Shown in pieces: positions 51,438-63,583 of a stretch of DNA of 64,000 nt; positions within the stretch are counted from its first letter, which is position 1, and every line of letters begins with the position of its first letter. Origin of the DNA: Octopus sinensis (taxonomy: Eukaryota); the NCBI RefSeq assembly GCF_006345805.1, contig NW_021835466.1, positions 5,509 through 69,508 of the forward strand, given 5' to 3'. The translations under genes were made by a program, and so were the position numbers. The notes under the pieces are model-generated. The model ran no database searches. It was not told the DNA's origin and saw nothing but the letters and a program-made list of their open reading frames with translations.

Positions 51438-54400
51438 CGTGTGTGTGTTTGTGTCTATGATGAGTGCATAAGAGTGTGTTGATTCTGCCATAATCGAAGT
51501 GTACGATTCCTCTCGACAAAACTGCTACTCGGTGAACGTTCCTGACTGAAATGCTACCCTTTCATTCCTTTGTGAATAGAATGAATCCCATCTCTCACTT
51601 ATTAATATAAGGACTCATATTCTTCTCTCCTACCTTAATCCCGAGAAGGGCATATTATTCGGCCTCAATTACACCTAAGCCAAACTAGCGTATAATTAAC
51701 TTCAGATGGAACTTAAATTATATCAGGCTTTAATTAACTTAAATTGAAACTGACATCTTCTGGCAGAACTGCAAAGATAGATATAAACTGCGTATTTATA
51801 CAGTTCAGCGAGTAGATGTCATGGAATATTTAATAGTTTAATGTCTGATCTCAATTAGCTTTCGTCTCCGATTACTTACATTCAGTCAATTATTTTTATG
51901 GAAAATGCGTCAAACATTCGATATACTACAGACAAAATCTCAAGCATCACACAACTTGAAGTCACGTAGAGTGGATATAATGTGGTACAAAGCTACAATC
52001 TGAGGAGGACTTGAATTTTTCTGGAGCACGATGTGATTCCTAAACTAATTTCGCGAGCACTAAGTTGCTGTTCATCTGCGTTAAGAAAAATGGTAGCTTC
52101 CTAATAAAGTTTTAACGTCTCACATTACGCCAAAAGCAAATAATTAACCATGAATTCTCATAATGAATACGTAAGATGTCTTTCGATTGCTTATTCGTTG
52201 TATAAAAATGTGTCAGGGCTGATAAAACCAGGGATTAATGTATTTGCGATACATCTATAAACAAAGCAATTTTCCCCTCTACGAATACTGGAATCTATAG
52301 TTCTAGCTCAGATGTCATCTGTACATCAATGGCGTAATTCGCAGAGCCTTATGACAGATTTTAGATGCATGATACTTAGACACTTATTTACTTCGAAGAG
52401 ATTCGTCCAGAACTGACTTCGGTTATGATTAGCTAAATAGCACTCCTTCGAATAAACATTTAATGATGTTTTTATAACAGTAATTAATTCGGCACGAGAC
52501 CCCATTCGAGTAATGAATTGTCTGTGACAATCTGAATTAGTTGGAGATGTTCATCCAGGAAGCACTTAAATGTTATGAGACCCTTTTCTTCTGTATGTCT
52601 TGGCATGCTGTCTTTCATGCAGGAATATATACAACAGAGTAGGCGTTATACATAGTATCCTATGTAAGAATGTTTTAATTCTGACACAAATCATACCCCC
52701 AAAAGCTGAACGTCGAATACATTTTCGCTTCATAGTTTTCAAAGATAATATTTCTGATCACAAGATCACATTCTATGTCCAATCCAACCTGCTACTATAG
52801 TTCAATTGTAAGCAAAATTAACATTGACAATGATAGAAAGGTAATTTAACAACTACTAAACGTTTCTTTTCTCTTTCTGCCAGTTGACATGATAACGTCT
52901 GTGTTAAAATTGTGTCTAAGCCGCTGTGATTCACACATTCAGTTAATTTGGTATTAGGTATTTATTTGTGGATCATTTATGCAGAACCAACGTTTTCAAA
53001 ATGAAAATTATAAAGTTATGAAACCTATGACAAATGTAGGTGAACTTCAAATAAAGTCAAAACACAGTTTATGTTCGAAATTGTTTTTTGTGGTACCACT
53101 AATGCTGCGTGGATTATCTTCCTGTTTATTTTCTAATTTGTAAATTGCCTCTCTGATCTCATAATCCAAGAGACTTTCTAATCTGCTCCTAGTTTATAAA
53201 TGAAAATTAAGAAATTTGGCATTTTAAGATCAATTAATGTTGTGTAATTCATAAACAAAGAATAGAAACCTTAACGTGGATTTTATGGGGTCAAGTAGCT
53301 ATCGTTGCATTACGCAAGTGCATGCTGGAAAGGGTTATCGTTGAATTTATTAGTTAGTAGTCAACAAACTCGAAATGGTTAATAACGTCACCTATTGTGG
53401 TGCTATACAACACCTCAGTTAGAGGATAGGGGCTACAAAAGAATCAACTTGCAAAATATTTAGTTATATTTTATTAAGTAAAAGACGGTGAACTAGTGGA
53501 ATCATTAACAAGTGAGCAAAATACTTCGGGGCATTTCATCCGTCTTTACTTCTCGGTTTCATTTTCCACTAAAGTCCGTTTTTCGGGTTCGATAAAATAA
53601 GTACCCTCTCCCGTAAGATTTCTGACCTTGTGCCACAGTTCTAAACTTACATCATATTAAACAGAGTATAAAAATAACTTTCGATGTATTCCAATTATGA
53701 AGCATATACTATTTTATGTATATAAATTTGTATTGATTAAAACGAGCTGGTGCCATGTGCAACTGTTTAAAAGATAACATCATCTGTTGTAAAACCTGAA
53801 AATACCGCTATTTTACCATATTAAATATTCTTTGGTAATCTAAAGATATTGAACAATGTTGACGGCAAAAGCTTGAACTAAATCTATCTGTATTCTTTCC
53901 TAACTATTTAGTTATAAATAATTGTATCATAAGTGCCATAATCTTAGCTTCAAACAGAAAATGCTCGTGTTTACAAATAACCAGTTTTCAACGCGTATTA
54001 TCTATCCCACTTATTATTTCTGATGAGTTTTTCGATTTTTGGAAAGAATCAAAGCTCAGATTAAACACTAGCAGTAAGTTTCTGCAGCAATGAATGACTA
54101 AAATATAATAAAAAAACGCATAATCTATCAAGGCGAATGTAGACAAGCAATGGCGTTTATCATCAAAACCTGATTCTGAAAGTCCACCATCAGTTGTTCG
54201 CTCGAAGATCAATTATTTTCCTCTTGTGAAAAATCAATCCACCATATAAAAATGCCTCATGTGGTAGATAACCTTGCCAAAATGATGGAACTGGTATCTG
54301 CAGTGTGTAAGTTCCAGATGGCGTTATAAATCTCACACATTTCTTCGATTCCTTTGTATTGGGTATATTTTCATGAATGTCATTATTCAAAATTTAAAAC

Positions 54401-54559
54401 GAAACTACTATCTACAGAACAAAATGAGCACATCATATCTACGTGTTTTCGATCGTGTATGCATCGAGTTGAAGAGTTCGTCAGTCGTGAAATACTAAAT
54501 GCGTATTGATTGTAATTGATGAATGATCAGTTTTTCTTTCTTTCATTTGACTTCTTTTG

Positions 54560-54760
54560 TGCAGACATATCATCACATTCTCTGAGTACGTTATTCTCTA
54601 TTTTCGTTTGAAATGCATGAGTTTTCTCGTCATAACGAATCTCCTTCAAATCTTTCTGGCGTGAGAAAATTGTTCTAAACAGTCTCTCCACCCAATCGCA
54701 CGCTACTGGAAGGGAAATAAGCAGAACGAAATTTATATTCGTATCATCTCCAAAAGTAAA
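54560..54760 (-). pseudogene. Possible hAT transposase C-terminal dimerisation remnant
   Basis: VLLISLPVACDWVERLFRTIFSRQKDLKEIRYDEK resembles LLxLPVSxAxxERSFS..K..LR..M. Confidence 0.35.
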
Positions 54761-54865
54761 AAAGAACCATTGCATCAGTTGTATTATCTAAATAGCTAAC
54801 TTGCCTTCTCATGGACATTTGTTTTAGATGTTGACTCGCACACAAGAGCTCAACATCTCACTCCA

Positions 54866-55284
54866 TTTACTCTTTTACTCTCTTTTACTCTTTTACTTGT
54901 TTCAGTCATTTGACTGCGGCCATGCTGGAGCACCGCCTTTAGTCGAGCAAATCGACCCCGAAACTTATTCTTTTGTAAGCCCAGTACTTATTCTATCGGT
55001 CTCTTTAGCCGAACCGCTAAGTGACGGGGGCGTAAACACACCAGCATCTGTTGTCAGGCAATACTAGGGGGACAAACACAGACACACAAACACACACATA
55101 CATATATATATACATATATACGACAGGCTTCTTTCAGTTTCCATCTACCAAATCCACTCACAAGGCATTGGTCGGCCCGGGGCTATAGCAGAAGACACTT
55201 GGCCAAGATGCCACGCAGTGGGACTGAACCCGGAACCATGTGGTTGGTTAGCAAGCTACTTACCATACAGCCACTCCGGCGCAT
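54866..55284 (-). mobile_element. SINE family A
   Basis: Near-consensus reverse copy. Confidence 0.9.
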
Positions 55285-56288
55285 AAATTTATATTTTTTT
55301 AAAAAACAAATGAATACCTAAAACGGTTCGGTGTTTACCAACCTGGCTCTGATAAATCAGAATGTTTCTCCAGGAAAGGTACTTCATTGATAAGAACTAA
55401 TTGTTAGTTCGAAAATTAAAACCGCTCAAATGAGAACCTGAATAGAAAAACACGATATATTCATGTCGTCAAGAAGATACTGACTATTGCAAATAGATCT
55501 GTTTCCCCCTCAGTGGAGATTCCAGTGAAATATGACGAGAATGGTCCGTTTGAAATTAGCAATATCTTCGATGATGGAATTAACTCATCAAATCAGGGCC
55601 TGCGGGAATTTTGTCTACAAAATTAACAAAGTAATGAAGTGTAAAGGAAAGCCTTGAGGCATCATTCGACTTGCATTAATTGCTTATATTAAAGATACGT
55701 CTATATTTAAAAATGGATGTTACTGTTTATATTTTGGGATAATCTTAACGTTTAAGCTCTGACATTCGAGGCTGGAACAACATAGCTTTATGGATATAAA
55801 CTGTAACATTATGCTCCATTTAGCTATAAGTATATCGCAATAATAAATCTGTGAACGAGGTATAGACAGTAACTGCACGAGAATGTGAAGTATATTTGCC
55901 ATCTAAATATGGCTAACCACTGAGGGTTATAAGTATATCACTTTTAGTACCCTTATATATGGAAGGAAATTATGCTTGAAATCGAAATCTGTAATATAGT
56001 AAAACAATATTATGAAGAGCTATAAATTTGAGCCTTCAGAAACAAACATTTTCGTGGGTTTCTAGGTTGCTAAATTTCCAAAATGGGCATGACACAGTGT
56101 TTATAAAACCACGTATCTTATGGGAATTCTGCCGTCATTTCTTATGTATTATGATATAGCATCATTTACACTTGTTTGGTATGCGATTTGATCAGAGTTT
56201 TTAGGCAGAAAAAAAGACAAGAAAAAATTATTACAGCGTTGAAAACGTATATTAGATATTCGAAAACGCACACAGAACGTTAACTTCA

Positions 56289-56334
<46 letters not shown>

Positions 56335-56408
56335 ATTACGAGTTCAGTCTTCCGGCGTGAGATACTACTAAAGTGGCTTATACTCGCCAGTAGAATAACC
56401 GCATATGA

Positions 56409-56487
<79 letters not shown>

Positions 56488-56586
56488 AATCTATCTATCT
56501 ATCTATCTGCTTATCTATTTATCAATCGATTTATCTATCAATCGATTATCACTCACTTTCTCTCTTTCTGTCTCTGTCTCTCTCTG

Positions 56587-56667
<81 letters not shown>

Positions 56668-56815
56668 GAATTTACAAAAGATGAAGACGAGTGTGTAAAC
56701 AGCAAACAAATGTATTAGTTTAAAGCTTTGAAAGTGAACGTTATATGTATATATATAGTTAGATCGATAGATAGATAGATAGACAAACAGACAGACAGAT
56801 ATATACATATATATA

Positions 56816-56866
<51 letters not shown>

Positions 56867-56890
56867 ATATAGTAGATAGATAGATAGATA

Positions 56891-56922
<32 letters not shown>

Positions 56923-56933
56923 TCGATCGATCG

Positions 56934-56995
<62 letters not shown>

Positions 56996-57980
56996 TAGAT
57001 AGATAGATATGTAATAAATAATGAAAAGAGGGATTGGTATGAACGGTAAGGCCTCTAATAGAAATGCCCCAGTATGACCACAGCACTGATTAATACAAGC
57101 AAAACAATGATATTATTTGCATTTCTTTGGTTCTTACATCGTTGAGATCATAGACGTTCCTATTGAAGGTATCATGTTGCACATAAAAGAAAGTTACCTG
57201 TAGTGAAATTTCAATACTTTTTACAGTATTTTTTAAATACAATAATTAATATAATTAAAATCTTCTGAAATAACTGTTTGATCTTTCAGTGAAAGATGTG
57301 CTTATTTATTTGAAATTACTTTGGTGATTTATGTTATCCCTATTGCTTCAAATCATAATTCAAAGTCGTTTACAAGGAATGTTTAAATAGATCTAAAATC
57401 GAAATATTGAAATAATATTTAATAGTGTCATTAAATAAAGCTAGAAAAACATTTTCGCTGTTGCATTTCATCATTCCTGCATCATTTCATTGTACCTGCC
57501 AGATTTCAGTTTGTCGGTGTTATTAAATTCGTAAAAAAAACAAAAAGAAAAAGCCAGCAAATTTAGGTAAACTGTGGATGTTATTAGATGCGTACTGGCG
57601 TCAGCTATCAGCTTTATCACCGTAAAATAATTCTCTATCAATGATCTACAATCAGGCTAATCTTCACCGTCATGGCGTCAGTGATTCTGCAATAATTTCT
57701 AGCAATATACAATAGATTACTTATATACATTCTATGTAAGATTCAATTATATAGGTCGGGGTCTCCGTCGAAAGCAATGACGAGTGATCCACTTCACAGG
57801 ATCAACCGAAGAGTTCTCCATAGACACGAATACCTATTTCTTTACTACCCACAAGGGGCTAAACACAGAGAGAATAAACAAGGACAGACAAACGGATTAA
57901 GTCGATTTTATCGAAACCAGTACTTAACTGGTAATTAATTTATCGACCCCGAAAGAATGAAAGGCAAAGTCGACCTCGGC

Positions 57981-58040
57981 AGAAAGGAGCTTCCTGAAGA
58001 TTTCTCTTGAATGAAACAGTTCTAGTCCTGTAGAAGCTCC

Positions 58041-58044
<4 letters not shown>
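57981..58044 (+). ncRNA. Type I hammerhead ribozyme, intact core nucleotides
   Basis: aaggagcttc CUGAAGA u-uuc-ucuu-gaa-u GAAA cag-ttctagtc-ctg UA^gaagctcctt. Perfect 10-bp stem I, 4-bp stem III, GUA triplet, predicted cleavage 58032/58033. Stem II is closed by U.U instead of the usual G-C. Confidence 0.75.
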
Positions 58045-58079
<35 letters not shown>

Positions 58080-58081
<2 letters not shown>

Positions 58082-58420
58082 TCATTTAATTGTTTCACTC
58101 ATAAGATTTCGGCCATGCTGGATTAAAACCTTGAGGAATTTTAGTCGAACTGATGGAACCCAGCACTCATTTTGAAGAGAGGTAACAGTTCTGTTGGGCT
58201 TATTTGGGGAACGGATAACTTGCGGAGACGTATACAAACCTTCCCATTTTGTCAATCATACATACATATTTATATTCCATCTACCAAATCCACTTGCCAG
58301 GATTTCGTCGGCTCGATCTATAGTAGAAGACATCCGCCCAAGATGACACGCAGTGGGAGTGAAACCGGAGCCATCCAGTTGGGAAGGAAACGTCTTACCA
58401 CACAACCACGTGTGCGCCTA
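58080..58420 (-). mobile_element. Old SINE family A copy
   Basis: cggccatgctgg; ctaccaaatccac; cttaccacacaaccac. Confidence 0.65.
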
Positions 58421-58548
58421 CTCACAAGCATATATGTTTATAAGTGGTAAATATTCAAAAGAGGTGTATACTGCAGGTTGCTCTTCAGGCCAAGGATATC
58501 TTTGATATAATGAAAGTTTATATTGTCGCAAGAGGTCCAAGCTAAAGA

Positions 58549-58600
<52 letters not shown>

Positions 58601-58602
<2 letters not shown>

Positions 58603-58794
58603 GGTGTTCAAAAGGTATCTCTGCAGTAACTATTTTATTCTAAAATAAATATCTACAAGATGGTATAAGACTACAACAGAATATATTAGACTTTACTTCA
58701 TTTCCAATACATAAGTTGACCTTTTCTACAAATTCTTTGAAATACATCTTGGAGAAAAACAACATCACTGCGTAGAGAACTTTTGAAGACCCTG
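58601..58794. mobile_element. Tc1/mariner-type MITE, TA TSD
   Basis: TA|caggtgttcaaaaggtatctctgcagt ... actgcgtagagaacttttgaagaccctg|TA imperfect TIRs. Confidence 0.7.
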
Positions 58795-58814
58795 TATATA
58801 TATATAATATATAG

Positions 58815-58860
<46 letters not shown>

Positions 58861-59244
58861 ATGTATATTTTGTTGTCGTATAACTATGAAATAAATTGGT
58901 GGTAGGAGGAAAGTTTCTAAAATGAATAGAGAAATTCGATGGATTGTTTTCAGATGGGGTTTCAATTCCCATGGTTACCCTTCGACATTTTCTATTGAAA
59001 GAGTTTTGTAATCCAAAATTTACATGCTATTATTTAAAGCTTTATACTATTGGAGATTCATCGGTCTTAAACAAGAATTAACAAATAATCTTTAACATTA
59101 ATTTCCCCCTGTATAACTCCATTATAAGGAACTGTCGACATCAATTAGGAGCTATCAGATCTAAAATTGATGAGTTATACCAAAGATGTCTTCTCGAAAT
59201 AAATCAACTCGAACGTCATTAGATTTCGATTTATATACACTATA

Positions 59245-59780
59245 TATGGTGAAGGCGGGTGGCGTAATGGTTAGGGTATTCGGCTCATGATGTGAGTTTG
59301 TGAATTCATTCTCAGAGGTGAATTGTGCCCGTGAGGAAGACGCTATATAATATTTTTTCTTACTACACGCAGCTGTCAAATTGAGTTCTACTAGTAATTC
59401 AAAGGTACTCGTCATACTCCGAATAATGCAGTGTTTCCTTCAGAACTACATTAAAGGTATGCGTGTATATTAGGGTGGCGAGCTGGAAGAAACGTTAGCA
59501 CGCTGGGCGAAATGCGTAGCTGTATTTCGTCTGCCGCTGCGTTCTGAGTTCAAATTTCGTCTGCCGCTGCGTTCTGAGGTCGGATTCTTTCGGGGTCGAT
59601 AAATTAAGTACCAGTTAAGTACTGGTTTCGATAAAATCGACTTAATCCGTTTGTCTGTCCTTGTTTGTCCTCTCTGTGTTTAGCCCCTTGTGGTAGTAAA
59701 GAAATAGGTATTCGTGTCTATGGAGAATCTTCGGTTGATCCTGTGAAGTGGATCCTCGTCATTGCTTTCGACGGAGACCC
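59245..59780 (+). mobile_element. Old tRNA-SINE (C-related tail) interrupted by SINE-B 59472-59711
   Basis: TSD ggtat(g/t)cgtgt(a/c)tat at 59456-59470 and 59707-59721. The flanks rejoin as a C-type tail (ctacattaaaggtatgcgtgtctatggag...cggttgatc). Confidence 0.7.
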
Positions 59781-60580
59781 GACCTATATAATTGAATCTT
59801 ACATAGAATGTATATAAGTAATCTATTGTATATTGCTAGAAATTATTGCAGAATCACTGACGCCATGACGGTGAAGATTAGCCTGATTGTAGATCATTGA
59901 TAGAGAATTATTTTACGGTGATAAAGCTGTTAGCTGACGCCAGTACGCATCTAATAAAATCCACAGTTTACCTAAATTTGCTGGCTTTTCTTTTTGTTTT
60001 TTTACGAATTCAATAACCCGACAAACTGAAATCTGGCAGGTACAATGAATGATGCAGGAATGATGAAATGCAACAGGGAAAATGTTTTTCTAGCTTTATT
60101 TAATGACACTATTAAATATTATTTCAATATTTCGATTTTAGATCTATTTAAACATTCCTTGTAAACGACTTTGAATTATGATTTGAAGCAATAGGGATAA
60201 CATAAATCACCAAAGTAATTTCAAATAAATAAGCACATCTTTCACTGAAAGATCAAACAGTTATTTCAGACGATTTTAATTATATTAATTATTGTATTTA
60301 AAAAATACTGTAAAAAGTATTGAAATTTCACTACAGGTAACTTTCTTTTATGTGCAACATGATACCTTCAATAAGAACGTCTATGATCTCAACGATGTAA
60401 GAACCAAAGAAATGCAAATAATATCATTGTTTTGCTTGTATTAATCAGTGCTGTGGTCATACTGGGGCATTTCTATTAGAGGCCTTACCGTTCATACCAA
60501 TCCCTCTTTTCATTATTTATTACATATCTATCTATCTATCTATCTATCTATATATATATATATATATATCGATCGATCGA

Positions 60581-60627
<47 letters not shown>

Positions 60628-60822
60628 CTCATAATATATAATATATTATATTATATATGTATATATCTGTCTGTCTGTTTGTCTATCTATCTATCTATCT
60701 ATCTATCGATCTAACTATATATATACATATAACGTTCACTTTCAAAGCGTTAAACTAATACATTTGTTGCTGTTTACACACTCGTCTTCATCTTTTGTAA
60801 ATTCTCTGTCTGTCTTTCTCTG

Positions 60823-60898
<76 letters not shown>

Positions 60899-60976
60899 GA
60901 GAGACAGAGACAGAAAGAGAGAAAGTGAGATAAATCGATTGATAAATAGATAAGCAGATAGATAGATAGATAGATT

Positions 60977-61039
<63 letters not shown>

Positions 61040-62176
61040 TCATATGCGGTTATTCTACTGGCGAGTATAAGCCACTTTAGTAGTATCTCACGCCGGAAGA
61101 CTGAACTCGTAATTACATGGTTACGAAGTACACTTCTTAATAATACAGCCATGCGTTCACCTATATAATGAACTTAATTCCTTCGACTATACCAAACCTT
61201 CCTACAAAACACGGTTAACTGTCTCGTCTAATATGTCCTAGTCTCAATGACTGTCGTTATTGATTTTCTTTCGTATTGAATTCAAATGTAAGAAAATAAG
61301 CCTGTGCTTCCATCCCTCCGGGATCAATAACATGAATGTATGTATGTTAAGATGAATTCAATCGGTTATGCACATTTGTTATATTTCTGTCAATGGAAAC
61401 AAATAATATCCATTGATTAGATTGGCTGACAACAGGCCACACATGAGCATAGGGAACAAATCAATAAGGGAGCCCTCTACGCGTTCGATTAATTTATTAG
61501 GAATCACAGTCAAATATCACTCAAATTACATTCTCTCTTCTTGAAACCTCAGAAAGATGTGAGTAATTTAGACATCATATAAACTGTCGCAGAAATGAAA
61601 AGAATGAGAAAATCATGAATGGATGAAATGAGTACGCTTGCAGTTATGAATTTTATGCTTGTAATATTACATATTTTATATATGACATACCTAAGAACAT
61701 GGGTCTCTCATTAGCCGTCTTTTTTCACCTACTTGAAAAAAAGAAATTAGCCTTATTCCAGCCCCAATTGATATTGGTATGATTATTGTAATATATTTTA
61801 TTGCGAATGTATTTCTCATTCTCTTTCTTGTTCCAATTAGTTTCGTCCGCATTTTTCCACTTCGATCTCATATTTCTCTTTGCCACAAACTAAACACTCC
61901 TAGCTGCTTGCCATTATCTTCCACATCACGCACTACATATTTTCTTTAAATCATCTCGTTCAACATTTACTAATTTTCAGCAACAGTGACGACATTTGCG
62001 CTATTTGCTTATCTTTCAAACAAAAGATTAATGCCAAATCGTAATATTCTTCTCCGTGGAACAATTGAATGTATTAAGACACAGCAATGAAAGTCCAAGA
62101 CGGATTCAAAGAAAATTTCTTTCAGGATTCTGTAAGATAAAGATATACCAATTAATTAGTCAGCGAATCTACATTT

Positions 62177-62973
62177 ACTTATTTCTTTACCGCCCACAGG
62201 AGTCCACACACTGAGTGGACAAACAAGGACAGACAAACAGATTAAATCGATTATATCAAGCCCAGTGCGTAACTGGTACTTATTTAATCAACCCCGAAAG
62301 AGATGAAAGGCAAAGTCAACCTCGGCGGAATTTGAACTCAGAACGTAGCGGCAGACGAAATACCTATTTCTTTACTACCCACAAGGTGCTAAACACAGAG
62401 AGGACAAACAAGGACAGACAAACGGATTAAGTCGATTATATCGACTCCAGTGCGTAACTGGTACTTATTTCATCGACCCCGAAAGGGATGAAAGGCAAAT
62501 TCGACCTCGGCGGAACTTGAACTCATAACGTAGCGGCAGACGAAATACCTATTTTTTTTACTACCCACAAGGGGATAAAGACAAAGAGGACAAACAAGAC
62601 AGACAGATGGATTAAGTCGATTATGCCGACCCCAGTGCGTAACTGGTACTTATTTAATCAACCCCGAAAGAGATGAAAGGCAAAGTCGACCTCGGCGGAA
62701 TTTGAACTCAGAACGTAGCGGCAGATCAAATACCTATTTCTTTATTTCTTTACTACCCACAAGGGGCTAAACACAGAGAGGCCAAACAAGGACAGACACA
62801 TGGATTAAGTCGATTATATTGACCCCAGTGCGTAACTGGTACTTATTTAATCGACCCCGAAAGGATGAAAGGCAAAGTCGACCTCGGCGGAATTTGAACT
62901 CATAAAGCAGCAGCGGACGGAATGCCACAAAGCCTTTCGCGCGGCGTGCTAACGTTTCTGCCAGCTCACCGCC
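62177..62973 (-). mobile_element. SINE-B tetramer (one headed unit plus three head-less units) with 14-bp TSD
   Basis: Units of ~185-195 bp; gcgaatctacattt at 62163-62176 and 63000-63013. Confidence 0.9.
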
Positions 62974-63161
62974 ATAAATCTACATTTTCTGCATTTTCTG
63001 CGAATCTACATTTAATACAATGCAAGGCATCAGTCTGGTAGAAAATTTAGTGCGTCGAATAAAATTACTTTGGATTATTCATTCTGCTTTTTCCTTGTGG
63101 TGTTCGTATCCCGGAGTACACAAAAAATGTTTTTCATAGTTATTCGCTCAATAAAGCATTC

Positions 63162-63583
63162 GGATCTGTTTGGTTTGAACGGCAGTATTTTAAAATAATT
63201 TCCACGTAACTAAACACATTTAAACTTCGTATACTGGTAGAATGTGTTTATAAAACATCTTTTTCTCTTGGCTTTATGAGAAAATTCTATGGTTTGTAAG
63301 ATATGTGTTTGTTTTTTTCTTCAATTTTCTGCAAATTTCAAACAATCAGTGACGTCTATTGAGTGAGAACATTCTGTGCCCTATGAATATGGCCCTCGTT
63401 TAAGAAACAGATTGGGTTTATTTACATTTGTGAAGAAAAAAAGACACCCTTTACCCACCCCTAACCTTAACCCTAACCCTAAAATAGATTGAAATGCAAT
63501 AGATCAATACTAGGGTCATAATTATGGGTAACAATTTCATTTGACACCGCTAGAAAAAACTGCCGTTCAAACCGAAAAGATCC
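63162..63583. mobile_element. Non-autonomous DNA transposon: ~29-bp TIRs, perfect 8-bp TSD, internal (CCCTAA)-like repeats
   Basis: aagcattc|ggatctgtttggtttgaacggcagtattt ... aaaaactgccgttcaaaccgaaaagatcc|aagcattc; cccctaaccttaaccctaaccctaa at ~63459-63483. Confidence 0.88.

Larger units (their letters stand above)
56330..61118. repeat. Long inverted duplication: arms 56330-57980 and 59584-61118, ~1.6 kb spacer
   Basis: Unique sequence, (ATCT)n arrays and a SINE-B copy with shared private mutations occur as reverse complements. Confidence 0.95.

Noticed and set aside
53988-54390. Two adjacent minus-strand ORFs (66 and 74 aa)
   Set aside because: No recognisable motif or convincing splice boundaries.
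62177-62973. Regularly spaced repeats resembling a CRISPR array
   Set aside because: Entire ~190-bp units are homologous SINE bodies with no unique spacers, no cas genes, and a eukaryotic context.
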